A DNA stretch of 64,000 nt from Podarcis vaucheri. Lineage: Eukaryota. This document shows positions 24,354-38,480 of the stretch, piece by piece (position 1 is the stretch's first letter; each line of letters starts with the position of its first letter). The stretch lies in assembly GCA_965113315.1 (NCBI GenBank), contig OZ220368.1; one strand, 5' to 3'. Under the pieces are notes generated by a model that saw nothing but the letters and a program-made list of their open reading frames with translations, was not told the origin of the DNA and searched no databases. Both the position numbers and the translations under genes were made by a program.

Positions 24354-24764
24354 TGTCACTTACACAATAATATTGCATTAATGGTGCATTTATACTGCAT
24401 CATTCATGCATCGCTCCACCTTAAAGGTTGTTCTGCAATGCTCATCCAATGTTTCTGCATTATTGCTGTCTGGATAACTCTTGCACCACAGTGCAACAAA
24501 AGTTGGGGGAAACCCTTGGAACCTAAGTGGTATGAGAAGTGACTGGATTTCAGCAAGAAGCTATGGGGCATGCCGTGATGGGAAACAGAGCAGTATGCTC
24601 ACCCGGAAACTTTTGCAGGCACAAACAGTCTTGGAAGAGGGATCATGTATCGTCCCAACACCATCATGAGCACAAATATTCATACATACACAATAAAAAT
24701 AAAGTCTGAGGGGACCCTGGTGACATTCTGTCACTCTTTCCCATGAATAGCTATGCAACTAAAG

Positions 24765-25038
24765 CATCCTTGAGAGTTGGCCATCTAACCTCTGCTTTAA
24801 AACTTCCAAGGAAGGAGAGTCCACCACCTTCTGAGGGAGTCTGTTCCACGGCTGAACAGCTTTTACTGTCGGAAAGTTCTTCCTGATGTTTAGTCAGAAT
24901 CACCTTTCTTGTAACTTGAATCCATTGGTTTGGGGCTTAGCCTCCAGAGCAGGAGAAAATAAGTTTGCTCCATCTTTCATGTGACAGCCCTTCAGATAGT
25001 TGAAGATGGCCATCATATCTCCTCTCAGTCCCCTCTTA
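24765..25038 (-). mobile_element. CR1 LINE ORF2 C-terminal fragment
   Basis: Minus translation KRGLRGDMMAIFNYLKGCH...NGFKLQER..LNIRKNF matches the CR1 ORF2 tail. Confidence 0.85.
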
Positions 25039-25340
25039 TAAACCTGCACACACGCACACACATGTGTGTCTGGAGGGGCTCTGAATAAAGTAATGCTCAG
25101 ACTGCAACATTTATGCATCCGGGGTTAAGCTACAGAGTACCATCATTTCTTTGCCCTTCTTCCCTGACTGGAAAATGAGAATCATCATAATAACTTGCCC
25201 TCTTGGTTTGTTGTGGGTGTAAGTGTGTGTAGGGGTTATTGTTTTTGGTTATTTTGTTATGTATGTTGTGTTTTTATGTTCTAAACTGCCCTGTGATCTT
25301 TGGCTGAAAGGGAGTATATATTATTGGGGTGGGTGGGTGT

Positions 25341-25342
<2 letters not shown>

Positions 25343-25378
<36 letters not shown>
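25343..25378. repeat. (AC)n microsatellite
   Basis: About 18 AC units. Confidence 0.97.
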
Positions 25379-25380
<2 letters not shown>

Positions 25381-27790
25381 CTTAAATCATGCCAGTTAAA
25401 GTTTGGTTTCAGAGAAGTAGGCATTACTTCTAGGATAGTGGAAGCTCGCAGAAATAAAGGAATTGGTGTAGAGAAAACTAAAAATCAAGTCATGATGTGA
25501 CAATCTAAATGATAAGTATTTGTGGAGAATCATAGCATTGGCAAACTTTCTGTATCTCACAAAAAAAACCCCCACAGGGTAATTAAAGGAGTATGTACAA
25601 TCGCATCTCTTTCATATCAGAATTGTTTATTCCTCATTTCTCTAACAAGGCAGATTTTGCAGCTGGGATTTTTGTTGCTGAGAGCTGTTGCTACTGTCCT
25701 CAGGCTCTATTCATAGGATACTGCGGTGTTGTTTTTTTCCTTTTTCCTTTCTCTCCTAGCAAGCTCTTATTTTAAGATCATTCACTATATGCTCACTCCC
25801 ACAGCAATTATTACGGTAGCAAGGGCATATTTCTAGTTCATTGGGAGAACTATCTGGCAGATGCCACTGGTGTAGCACCCCCCCCCCCCAAATTCAATAG
25901 CAGAAATCTCAATTTTGCATTTGGAAAAGACTAAGCAAATAAGACACCACCGCCATATATTTTGACATATGCTTACAATTCTACAGTTCCCTTTTGGAAA
26001 CATTTTGCAGCTGCAGAATTTCTAGAGTCACGCATTGTATCTTTTAGGGTGTTGGCTGAGATTCATCCTTGGAGGAAGAATGTATTGGGGACTTTCCCCT
26101 TTAAATACATAGTTACTAGCTGTTCCCTGACCTTAATCTTGTCAGTGCTTTCAACTCTCCATAGGTCAACTGACACAGAAAATGAGATGGCCTAATTGCT
26201 ATTACAGATGCACAGAGCACAGCTTCTCTTGGGATTTGAGTCATACCTGCTTCCTTTTCTGCCTTGTGAAAAGAACACACAGAAATAAGAGCCGATACTG
26301 TTATCTCTCCTCCTTGCCTCTCTCTTTCACATCCAAGGACAGCGCTGCCCTTGCTTGGAAGAGCGAGCATGTCGCCTGGTATGGCCCATCTCAAGGCATC
26401 TTAACTCTAGGAAATCGGGTGCTCCTCTCCATATGTCCTCCCTTGGGTTAGCCTGCTGTTAGCTGGAAGGAAATCTGGTTAGCCCTGTCACCTTGATAAT
26501 TGCATTAGCTTCTAGCTGAAGCAGCAGTGAAAATTGTGTCATTTAATTTTCCTCTGAAAGACTAGATAAGAGGAGCCGTGATTGCTCCTCTCAGGAGAAG
26601 ATGGAAGATTACCGATAAAGCTGGAGAATTATTTCTCTTTCCAGCTATTTAGATAGACAGGGTGCTAATAAGTCTCTTAAAGGTGTTCTTTCTCCTTATC
26701 ACATTTCCTGTCCATTTTGGTTGTGGTTGTGTTTCAGCAGCCCTGCCTCTATCTGCCCTGTGTGTTGTGTAACATCTCCCCTCCAGAACCGAAAGGTTTT
26801 AATTTGAAGGATAAAATTACATTTCAGCTGGTTTATTTAAGGCTGTGACTGGAATGTTCAGGTTGGATGTGTAAGGACCTCAGGATCTCATTCCTGTTCT
26901 GATACTTGCATTGTGGCGTTGGATAGGCCACTTTCTACCCGAGCCCCCTCACAGGGTTGTTGTGAAGCTGAACTACTGCTGTGAACTTAGAATAAGGTTA
27001 GCAAACAAATGATGCATTAAAACACTTTATTTCGGATTGAAATGGAGCTTTGTTTTTCATGCTGGCCACAACTTGATTTCACAGCATCCATGTTCCCTCG
27101 TTGTGAGTCAGTAATATCCCAATTGCACTGCCTTACTCTCGGTTTTCAAATTCCTCCTCAAAGCCTGTTTATTCCACACAGTATCCCATTAAGTTTTCAC
27201 TACAGGCCCTAAATCTCCAGCACCATGTGTGCATACAGTGTTGTTGTTTTTTTTTTGGGGGGGGTTGCTGTCTTGAAGGATAACTGTGATTTGTTTCTTA
27301 CATTTCCATTCAGTTTTAGACTTCAAGCTCCTCTGGCTAGTGCTTTGTCTGTCTTTAAGAATTGTAAAGTACCAGCTGGCTTGAGGGTGCTGTTGAAATG
27401 TTGGTGTGTAATAGTGATGTTTCAGTAGAACAATGGCTCATTACTCCTGAGCCATGCTAGAAAGAGGGGTTTCAAATCTGCTGAGGCACTGTGGTTCTTC
27501 AGACTTCATACCCTTTCTTTATCAAGTTATCTCTCCCATGGAACCCTAGAGGAACCTGGAGCATCTTCCAGGGTGTGGCCTGAGTTCATGGGGTACACAT
27601 TAGCCAGGCTTGTTGAGCCTTACTTCTGCCCTTCTTGAACTCAGTTCAACCTAGAACTTGCCCAGCATGCTCCTGCAGCCATGCATTGCAAAGGAAGATC
27701 GATAACGGTAGGCAACCAGTCCACTTGGAAAGTTTGTCCACCATTTTTGTTCTTGTCAGTGATGAACTCTCTTTCAGGAAGCTCCAGTTC

Positions 27791-28153
27791 GGACGCGGGT
27801 GGCGCTGTGGGTTAAACCACAGAGCCTAGGACTTGCCGATCAGAAGGTCGGCAGTTCGAATCCCCGCCACAGGGTGAGCTCCCGTTGCTCGGTCTCTGCT
27901 CCTGCCAACCTAGCAATTCGAAAGCACGTCATGTGCAAGTAGATAAATAGGTACCGCTCCGGCGGGAAGGTAAACGGCGTTTCTGTGTGCTGCTCTGGTT
28001 CGCCAGAAGCGGCTTAGTCATGCTGGCCACATGACCCGGAAGCTGTCTGCAGACAAATGCCGGCTCCCTCGGCCTATAGAGCGAGATGAGTGCGCAACCC
28101 CAGAGTCGGTCACAACTGGACCTAATGGTTAGGGGTCCCTTTACCTTTACCTT
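27791..28153 (+). mobile_element. Sauria (Squam1) SINE, subfamily B
   Basis: GGACGCGGGTGGCGCTGTGG head, GTTCGAATCC B box, CCCTTTACCTTTACC tail. Confidence 0.93.
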
Positions 28154-28479
28154 ACTTTGAGGAGGAGGTAGCATGAATTAAACTCTAAATTCATTGTCTT
28201 AAGAATAAAGGTCTGCTTTTCTGAGGAGGGACAATGAATCCCTTTATAATTAAAGACAAATATTCCAAGATTCTCATTTTTATCTTTGAAGATATCCTAA
28301 CTTTCTAGAAGGGGATAATCTTTTTTCCATTCTTAATCTTAGCAGAGGGTAAATGGGGAGAATACTGCAATAATTTGAGTCTGACAATTCACGGTGGAGA
28401 ATTTCCTGCCATGCAGATTAGCTTTACTATTATATTGCAGCCGTGAATTACTGCAAATGTTTTCATGTGTTCAATATCT

Positions 28480-28790
28480 GGGAGTTACTGTTGATGGGAA
28501 GCGTTAAGCATTTATATAAGAATAATTTACATGGCATTAACGAATGCAAAACTTCAGAAAGATTTGCAAGATTGGACAAAATGGAGAAAATGAACAGTGT
28601 GAAAATATGTATCTAGCCAAAAGTAAATATTTTATTTCAAAATGTACCATGCATGTTATCTGATCAAACTTCGCAAGGATGACAAAAGAAGTTTATCTGG
28701 GATAGGAAGAAAGCAAGAATGAATTACAGTCTAATAAGTGAATCACAGGCTAACGGTGTGTTAGGGATTCCAAATATTAAATATATTGTT
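28480..28790 (+). mobile_element. Old degenerate L1/Tx1-like ORF2 fragment
   Basis: Broken peptides NSVKICI*PKVNILFQNVP, KFIWDRKKARM and LGIPNIKY resemble the post-RT region of L1 ORF2. Confidence 0.55.
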
Positions 28791-30277
28791 GTTGATTGTG
28801 CAATAGTTTAAAGAAGAACAAAGTAAGCATTTCCCCATCATCAGATGCAAAGTAGATTTGGTGTGGATTTCACCACAGTTTTATCCACCAAAGTTATTAT
28901 GCCATAATTTATTTAAACACTCTTTAGGTCACTTGGGATGATGCAAAGAAATAGAGGGTATGAGAGTGTGCGAAACAGAGAGAACCAGTTATTGCTTTAA
29001 ATTTACAACAGTATGTGTGCCAGGTTGACTGAATGTGGCTGTGGTGGCCAGGTGAAGTTAACAAACTTGCCAGAGTGGGAATATGGGAGACAAGCAAACA
29101 TTTCATGTATCCTGATTTTTCCTGGTTGTTTGAGATGAGTAACTCCTGCAGCCACTCTAAACTCTGACCTTATGGTGCATAAGGTCCTGAGGTTAACCCG
29201 GAAAGTGGTCAGCTTTGCTCTCTTGCAATAGCAGAGCATTTGTCAAGCCGTCCGCCAGGCATGAAATGAGGCCATGGTTGGACAGGTTCTTCAGAGCTGG
29301 GGAAGAAGGTGCTGCTGTGATGTATGCCTTTGAACTTTTTCTTTGCCTTGAGTGATCTTCATTACTCTTCCCCTCACCCCCCCCCAATCCAGGTTTCAAT
29401 AAAGGTAAACCTTATCTGTAGCATAGAGAACCATACTTGTCAGTGGAACTTTTTCACATGCTGATCTGTGAGAGGGGCTGCATGTTCCCTCAGGAAATGT
29501 TCAATTTTCATTAAGATGCCAGCAAGTGCTGCTGCAAAGTTTGACGCTTTCTGACGAAAGCCCAAGGCTTTACATGATAGAGTTTGATGAAAATTCACAG
29601 CCACACAGAAAGCGTAAGTCTCCTAAATCCTTCTGTCGCCAGCTCTTTGTGTTTCCTCAGCCAGTGGGGCATACACCAGGCTTCCTTCCCAGCTGTCATT
29701 CTTTTGATACCTGTGGCTGCCTTCATAGCTTTTTTATTTTTTAAAAAATCTTAATAGCATAAGCAGAATAGATGACTTCATGATCTATTAGACAAAATAT
29801 TCAGTAGTGAATGCCAGAGATAATGGAAGTGGGGTCTGGTTCATTAGGGCGAATGGGGCACTGCCCCACCAACTTAGTCGGCTCCCAGCTGCCTGCTTTC
29901 TCACCTATCAGGGGGTGGCTTTGTCTTTCACTGGCTCTGGCTCCACCTAGTGGTGGTCTCCCTGCCTTTTACCCTACCAGCCTTAATGTGCACCAGCCAC
30001 CAGTGGAATATGTGGATGACTCTGGTTTTTATCTAAAATGAAACTTGTGGGGTAATTGAGACATGATGCTCTCCATTTAAGGAAATGTGATGAATGATGG
30101 GAATGCTTCTTTGTCAAGCAATATGATGAGAGACCAGGCTTCCTTACTGGGTAGCCTTGAGCAAATTGCTTCACCCAGCTTAGAGAGTGTCCTGACCAAA
30201 GTCTGTGAGACAGTTTAATCCCTCCTTCGTTTCTGTAACTTCAAAAATGTGTGCTATTTTATTCGGGTAATTTTATT

Positions 30278-30628
30278 CAGGTGGCGCTGTGGTCTAAACC
30301 ACAGAGCCTAGGGTTTGCTGATCAGAAGGCTGGTGGTTCGAATCCCCGCAACGGGGTGAGCTCCCATTGCTCGGTCCCTGCTTCTGCCAACCTAGCAGTT
30401 CGAAAGCATGTCAAAGTGCAAGTAGATAAATAGGTACCACTCCGGCGGGAAGGTAAACAGTGTTTCCGTGCGCTGCTCTGGTTCGCCAGAAGTGGCTTAG
30501 TCATGCTGGCCACATGACCCAGAAGCTGTACGCCGGCTCCCTCGGCCAATAAAGCGAGATGAGCGCCGCAACCCCAGAGACATCTGCGACTGGACCTAAT
30601 GGGCAGGGGTCCCTTTACCTTTACCTTT
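30278..30628 (+). mobile_element. Sauria (Squam1) SINE, subfamily B
   Basis: Full-length homology to the 27791 copy; ACCTTT tail. Confidence 0.93.
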
Positions 30629-33600
30629 AATTTGAATGAGCATTTGTACCTCTGACAATCAAGGATGACTGCTTCTTAAGTGCAATGAAGTAAATGAGGA
30701 ATCTGAGTGCCCTGATTCCTGCAGCCTCTTTTGGGGGGGGGGGTGTTTAGACTTCACTTTCAGTCCAAGTCCCAAAGGGATTCCCAAATCTAGAGTTATT
30801 AATTCAGCTGCTTTTTGAAACTTTACCCTCCCTGCATACTCCTCATGTTAATACTCAAATGTTTAAGCATCAAAGAATTTGCCAATCAGCTGTTAAGCTT
30901 TTTCATGGAGCAGCATTGCTCGTATGAGCCTCCATTTACTGGCAAAAGGTATTTCATGGTTTCCTTCTGCATGGCTCCTCCTCTGGTACCTTAAGGCTAT
31001 ACTTGTTTTGATTCCTTTGATTCAATGCACAGGCACAACACCTGATCTCCAGCTCTGGGATTATGCTCTGTTACTATGTTCAGTCTCTGAGCTACCATTC
31101 TCTCTCTCTCTCTCTCTCATTTATCAGAGACTTTTTTTAATCACGAAAGGCAGAAATGAAAACAGCAGTGATGCAGTGAAATCCACTGGCGCAAGAACCT
31201 TAAGCATACTTTAAACATTTTACAGGGCTAGCCTATGCAGATCTACTCATAAGTAAGCCCCACTGAATTCATTTGGGATGTACTTCTAGGTAAATAGAAA
31301 GAGCCCCTTTCCCTTGAGTCTACCAAACTCACTGATCTAGATAGCAGAATAGCAACTGTGGTTTACTGTTACAAGGATGAGTCTCAGTGAGCTTGATCTC
31401 CCTCTTCTGGCACAGCTGTGAGCAAGTTAACTTCAGTTTGTCGTGCTTGAAAGCAGCATGATTAGACTATGCTGCTGGCATCATATGGGCTTCAGTTCTG
31501 AGTTGGACCATACAGTATATCTGACACTTAGAATCTTAATCTCCAGTTCCCTTCATACACAACACTTTGTTCTTAGATGTTCACACAGCTTTGGTAGTGA
31601 TTTTTTTTTTTTTACATTTAACTCACTTTAAGGGTCATCCCCATTTGTTCAAGTTTGTATTTTAAACTGAGTGTGGTATACAGATCCTGAGGTTCTGCCC
31701 CCCCCCCCACACAACAAAAGGCCTGCCCCGCACATAAAAGTCCTGGCTATGCCCATGGCTCGCTGCTTTTACTTTACTATATTCTATGTCTACAGCTTCC
31801 CCTTGCCTGTCCGTTGACCTCAACTTGTCTGTCCCATTGCCCTCTAATTGACTCAACTTCCTGCTTTTGACAGACTGGAACAAAGTTATCCAAGGCTTTC
31901 TTGCCTAAATCCTGCACCACTGAAGCTTATTTCAGGCGTATCTTTGTTTGCATAAAGTCCTGTCATTTGACCTGTGATGGTATGAAAATATATTTACTGG
32001 CAAAGATTCTTGTGGAAAGCCTCACCCCTTTATATTCAGTTGCCGTTGTTTTTTTAAAAAAAACTGGTATTTCAGTCTTCATTCTCTGAATTGTGTGCCC
32101 CCCTCACCTCCTGCCAATCAAAAGATGAGAGCTAGTTTGTTACCTGGCTGTGTATGAACAGTAATTCTTTCTTTCAGCGTCTTTGTCCCTGAACTATATT
32201 TATTTATTGAAAGCATTCTGAACAGAATCCATGCAATTTTTGACTGGGAGACACCTCACCTTCCTGCCAACTACAAATTTGCCAAGGAAGCTTCAAGAGA
32301 CTGGGCTGATTCATGCACAAAGTCCTGGAAGGGATCACTGTTTCTTGCTATAAACAAGCAATATTACTTATTGTGACTGAGGAGTCAATTAACTGGCTAA
32401 TTAAAGCTATTTCTCATTGCATAATTGAATTCTTGTTCATCACTCTTTCTGTGCTGTAAGACTGTCCCAGAAATTAGAGCCCCAACCACAGGGCAAAGCT
32501 TCTCACAATGCAGCTGCTTAAACATTTGTTACTAGGTATTAACATTTTCATACCAAGGGACGTGGTCCTGATAAACAATGTGCTCTTTAGCTTGTTGGGC
32601 TAAGTATAAGGGGATGAAATGATTCTGTGGTTTCCACCATTTTATGGAAGTTGCCTGCTCACCTCATGCTTGCCAGCACAACTGAGGAAAATAGCACATT
32701 ACTAACAAACAAGAACTAAGCCATTATAAAGCCCAGAGGCCATTTCAAAGGGATTTTGCTCAAAAGGTTTACTTTTGAGAGAATAATAATGTATATTGCT
32801 GTTACCTTTTCGGGGGGGGGGGGATAATTTATTTCCCAACTTTGAATCAACCCTTCAAATTGGGGACTGGGGACCATTTCTTCCTTCACTGCCCACCCTA
32901 TACGTTCTCCTGCTGGTTCTGAAATGCAGATATACAAAAGCCCTCCAGCCAAGTGTGTAGTGAAATCAGCATGTAAATTCTGCTAGTATAAAGAATGGCT
33001 CAGGTTCCACTTGAGGTGGTGGTGAGCTCTATTGGGTTGCAGCATTGTGAAGTTCTTGAGAGCTTTTCTGTGCATTATCTGAAACCACTCCTCTGTTTTG
33101 GCTGTTCTGCCACTGAGGAGGGTCCAACATTTTTTGCTTTATCCAATGTTGCAGGTCTTCTGGTACAATGGACCTCTGTGTGCACAACAGAACTTTCTCC
33201 CCCTGTGTCCTCTGCAGCCCCCTGAGCTTGGGGGATCCTCTGGAGCAGATCTGGGGGGCAGCGAAAAGGGGGAACTGTTCTGTTGGTTTAGCACCAGGAT
33301 ACAACTCTGTTTAAAAACTAAAATTAAGTTTGGAGGCCCACAAAAAAAAACATTTTGGCATCACAGTGTCACAGCGGGAAACCTTTTAGAGGGGTATAAA
33401 TAATTTTAAATGAAAAATTGGGAGACATGTCTTTGGGGACCACCATGGACTGCCGGTTGGCTACAACTTCGAGATTAACTTTAGGAAGGTCTGCTTTTGC
33501 AGCAAAACTCCAGTTTTGTGAAAGGGGGATGATAATTAATAAATATAGAGAGGTGGGGGAGAGAAAAAAGGGCCAGAAGAAAGGAAAGGCAGAGTGCATA

Positions 33601-36596
33601 GCCTGCAAAGGTCCTGTTTGGTTGGTGCAACATCGGGAGACCTGTGTTTTGGCCCTCCTGCATTCTCTCCCCCCCACCACCACCCGAGATTCTCCCCACT
33701 TCTGACCTCGTACTGTATGACTTCCTCCTGCATGGTAAGTTAACATTCCTTCCATAGCAGTACAGTCCTCCACCCCCTGCCTGCCCACCCAGTAACTTCT
33801 GGAAAATAGCATGGACTATCTTATCATGGAACTGCTGATATCATTCTAAGCCTGACTCTGCAGATCTGAAGAGTCTATCAATCTCCAGAGAAGCAGGGAT
33901 GACATTTTAACCAAAGGAGAATTTTAACCAGAGACAATATGAGGTGATGGTCAGATTGTGGCTTCTCATGGTGCATCATTCAGTGCTTAAAATCCAGACC
34001 AAAAGGCAAATGAAACAAACATATGACAACAAATTTGAGGCATTCTAGAGCTTGCCATGGTGAATTTAATGTATGTGCGCATGTATATCTTAAAACTTTT
34101 CATTTATAATAATCTTAAAAGTTAATTTCCACAATATTTTCCTTGCTTTTGTGTTAAGATAACACAACAAAAAGATTAAATACTGAGACCCCAATGTAAT
34201 AATTAGGCAGGCTATACCCACTTTTTAAAAAATAGTCCAGGCCCACCTAGAGATGGGAAGGAATGGGAAAAACTGGGAAGGGAACTGGATGAGATTACTG
34301 AAACTAACCATTCACAAATCATTATTACTTCATTTATGAATGGTTTCCTATGAAGAAGCTTGAAGTGTTTTCATAGTACAATAAAAACCATAAATATAAC
34401 TCTGTATAATAGACTAAAATGTCTCTCTAACAAGAGCTTTCTAGGTTATGACTTTGTTTGCAGACAAGATCCTGTTTTAATTATGCTTTCCATCATACTG
34501 ATGCAAGGAATTTTTTGTAATTATATTAATAGTTATAACTAGTTTTCCCCTCTTTTGCATGCTTATAGAAAATGTTGGTTACTTAACAGTATCCTCAGTG
34601 TCATGTGACAAAATTAAAGTCCTTATTAATTGTGAGTAAATACTTGAATTTTGTCCATTGTATGCCATCCTTTACTTCTTTGCTCAGATGGTCAGCAAAG
34701 GACGTTAATTGAAGTTAATTGGTCTGTGACCATCTCTCCATTAGGTTACTGGAAGGGTGCCACAATATCCAGTCACATAGGTCTCCACAACAGCTGCCAA
34801 GTGGCAGTCGTTGTTGCTAATTTACTTCATATCATTTCCTTCCCGATTCATCTTTAAGTGATGTTGAATCGGGCAAAAAGTCAGAACAAATGTAAATTGC
34901 AAGAAAAGCTAAAGGGCGAAACATGGAAACAAGATTGACCTATTTCTTGGCGACAGCTTTCTGCTAACATTTACAGAGGGAGAAGCTTGGACTGACTGTA
35001 GAGGGAAAAGTATCTTAGGGCACCGCCTCCGAAATAAGTTAATGCATGCTTTTGTTCAGATATTAGAAAACGGGCTCATGACCCTTTATTATGCTAAGGA
35101 GGCTTGAGGTCTAGTAGGGATATTAAAGCTGACATACATTTTGCAAGACATTAGACAATACAGTAGAACTGCTGAGATATTGATTGGTCAACCAAACAAC
35201 CTCCAAGCTTCATATGCTCTCTTCTACTCTTCCTCAAGCTCTTGCTACTGGAATCAGACATACTGCTGACTGCTGGGGGGGGGGGGATAAAGACTATGAC
35301 AGGAAAGGATATGGGATAGCATAAAGCCTGGGTGGGGGGTAGGGGAAAATCAGCCTCTAGTATAATGTTCGCGGTATAAAAATTATATGCTTTATGGTTG
35401 GATACTTCAATTAGATTGTAGCTTCAAGTAAATGAAGATGCTGCCCAATGAAATACCTAATCATAGAAATAGAAACTTTACTTTTGAGACTTTTGAGACG
35501 TCTTCTGCTGAAACCTTTGAATAACCATTGTGAGACGGACCTTTGACTCCTATCTTGAACACATGGCTTGATGTTCTGCACCACTAGTCTGTTACGTTGT
35601 ATATATGAACTCTAATAGATTTATTTCCACTTTTTGAATGCCATCATTATTTTGTTATATATGCTTTAACAGTTATTAGCCTACGTGTTGTGTCTATATT
35701 TCTGTGATTGGTTCTCATTGCAACACAGGGGTTTGTTTTTGGCAATGAAATATCTATACATACAATCTCAGCAAATAATGCTAACATAGCCTTGGTTTAA
35801 ACAGAGCCACTAGTCATAATGGGAAATATTTCAGTTGGCCTCATCACTGAGGAAATATTTTTTGGCTGACCATGTTTATGGAACACCTTGAGAGAAAATT
35901 CACTATGACACGAGTTTGAGGATAGTAGCTAGAATTCAATGGACTTGGGTGGCAGTGGACAGAAATCAGACAAAATCCCCTTTGAGCCCATCACAACCTG
36001 ATTGAAATACAGTGAGATGATTTAACTTATAATATTAATTAAAATAAACGGTCAGTCATTTAGTCTCTTAGCATCTGGTTAAGCATTTGGTTTTACTTTA
36101 AGCATTCAATGTGTTGAATGAAGTACTTTTCTGGGTTGAAGCCTGTCAGCCACATTTGGCAATAGAATAGATCAGGATTATTTTGTGGTTGTGAGTGCAG
36201 AATGAAGCCCTGGCATGAATGTGTATAGATGATGGACTGCTGTTCTCTATGTTGCTTTCACTGGGTTTGGGGGTAGGGCATGGTGTGTCACACTTTAGTA
36301 CTAAGGTTAGGAGTGTGTGCATTTTGTACTCTTTAAAATTGCAAGCTACTAATGAACTTTAAAGTTCCATCTGTCCATCTGGCTCAAACCATTAATTTTG
36401 GAGTAGTTAAGGCACTTAAATGCTCTGTAAAATTGTTTGGAATGGACACTAAAAGGTCCCTTTAGTATTAGCCACTATTTTTAACAGAGTAACATTTGGA
36501 GTGATAATCGGTGTTATAATTTGAGTTACCATATTAATTATCAGAAGGTTAATAATAAACATGAACTAGATTTTTGTAGTGCTAATGCCAGGATAG

Positions 36597-36958
36597 GGAC
36601 GCGGGTGGCGCTGTGGGCTAAAGCCTCAACGCCTAGGGCTTGCCGATCGAAAGGTCGGCGGTTCGAATCCCCGCGGCGGGGTGCGCTCCCGCTGCTCGGT
36701 CCCAGCGCCTGCCCACCTAGCAGTTCGAAAGCACCCCCGGGGGCAAGTAGATAAATAGGTACCGCTTACCAGCGGGAAGGTAAACGGCGTTCCGTGTGCG
36801 GCTCTGGCTCGCCAGAGCAGCGTTGTCACGCTGGCCACGTGACCCGGAAGTGTCCCCGGACAGCGCTGGCCCCCGGCCAATAGATGTGAGATGGGCGCAC
36901 AAACCCCAGAGTCTGTCAAGACTGGCCCGTTTGGGCAGGGGTACCTTTACCTTTACCT
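36597..36958 (+). mobile_element. Sauria (Squam1) SINE, subfamily A
   Basis: CpG-rich intact copy; 14-bp TSD TAATGCCAGGATAG (36583-36596, 36959-36972). Confidence 0.95.
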
Positions 36959-37064
36959 TAATGCCAGGATAGAACCAAAAGCTGGAAGTTCCAGATTGTG
37001 CTTTATGTTTTATTTGTGAAACAGATTACTGTAAAACAAGGAAGGAAGCAAGGAAATGAATTTA

Positions 37065-37292
37065 CCATATTTTTCGCTCTATAAGATACACTTTTTCTCA
37101 CCTAAAAAGTAAGGGGAAATGTGTGTGCATCTTATGAGGCGAATGCAGGCTGCACAGCTATCCCAGAAGCCAGAACAGCAAGAGGGATCGCTGCGCAGTG
37201 CTCCCTTTAAAGAATATTTTTTTCTTGCATTCCCCCTCTAAAAAATAGGTGCGTCTTATGGTCAGGTGTGTCTTATGCAGCAAAAAATATGG
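37065..37292 (+). mobile_element. Tc2-like MITE, short relative of 4926-5921
   Basis: TIRs CCATATTTTTCGCTCTATAAGATACAC / GTGTGTCTTATGCAGCAAAAAATATGG; TA flanks; shares subterminal AAAGTAAGGGGAAATGT with the 4926 element. Confidence 0.85.
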
Positions 37293-37479
37293 TATTTTAA
37301 AAACTGAATACCACTTAATATAGTAAAAATGAAGAAGCTATTTACATAAAAACCATAGAAATCAGCAAAATGTTATTTAAACCAAATGATAACACAACAC
37401 AACTGCATATCACAAAACCGAGCAAATAAGCAACCTCCATGGGGAGAGTATTACACAAGCAAGGAACCACTGCAGAAAA

Positions 37480-38110
37480 GGTCTGTTCTTGTGTTTCTGC
37501 TCTCCAGACCTCTCATAGAGGAGATGCATGTAGAAAGTCCTCAGATGGTGATTGCAGGGTCCAGGGTGGTTCATATGGGGAGAGGTGGTCCTTGAGGTAT
37601 TGTGGTTCTGAGCCGTTTAAGGCTTTATAGATCTAAACTAGCACTTTAAGTTGGGCTCAGAAACTGATTGACAGCCAGTGCATTCGGGCCAGGATTGGCA
37701 TTATATGCTCAAACCACCTTGCCCCAATGAGCAACCTGACCGCTGAATTCTGCACCTGTTGAAGTTCCCATACTGTTTTCAGAAGCAGCCCTACGTATAA
37801 TGTGTTGCAGCAATCTAATCTATAGAGGTTACCAGAGTATAGACAACCAAAGTTAGGCCATGCCTGTCCAGATCCAGATGCAGCTGGGTAACCAGCTGAA
37901 GCTGATGGAAGGCACTCCATGCCCCTGAAGCCACCTGATCCTCAAGCGACAGCAAAGGATCCAGAAGGATCCCCAAGCTGTGGCCACACTCCTTAAGTGG
38001 GCAGGCAACCTTGCATCATTCTGGTCTGGAGAATCATCCACTAACAGTGCCTCAGTCTAATCAGGATTGAGCTTCAGCTTGTTGGCTCATATCCAGTCCA
38101 TTACTGAGGC
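37480..38110 (-). mobile_element. L2-clade LINE ORF2 C-terminal fragment
   Basis: RLDCCNTLYVGLLLKTVWELQQVQNSAVRLL...EHIMPILARMHWL matches the L2 motif RLDYCN..LQ.VQN.AARL..HITP.L..LHWL. Confidence 0.85.
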
Positions 38111-38171
38111 AATGCAGGGGTCCAGCACATTCATATTTTGGCATATTAAAGCATGGTACACTTTAGCCCTC

Positions 38172-38480
38172 CTTGGGGCAAATCACACATGTGAGCATGA
38201 GTGTGGAGTGGTGCTGACTATCCCCATCCTGACATTACTCACAGACTAGCCCTACGCACTGGTGTCCATGTGCACATTGTTGATGTCTGCAGGGAGGGAG
38301 TTTTTGCATGATTTGGAACTTCAGGTGATCTGGGTTCTAGATTTCATGGAGGCTTTCGTGAATACAGCCATACGCATGAAGACTCCCTCCCTGCAGGTGT
38401 GTGCTGCGTGTATGCTGGGGCTAGCCAGAATGCACAATGTTGGCATGGGCCTAGTCAGCACAACACTCAGTTTGCCTAAA
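38172..38480. mobile_element. Foldback MITE
   Basis: Inverted arms GTGCTGACTATCCCCATCCTGACATT...CTAGCCC / GGGCTAG...AATGTTGGCATGGGCCTAGTCAGCAC. Confidence 0.5.

Noticed and set aside
27791-27870. tRNA-like A/B boxes here and in the other SINE heads
   Set aside because: These are SINE Pol III heads continuing into SINE bodies, not tRNA genes.
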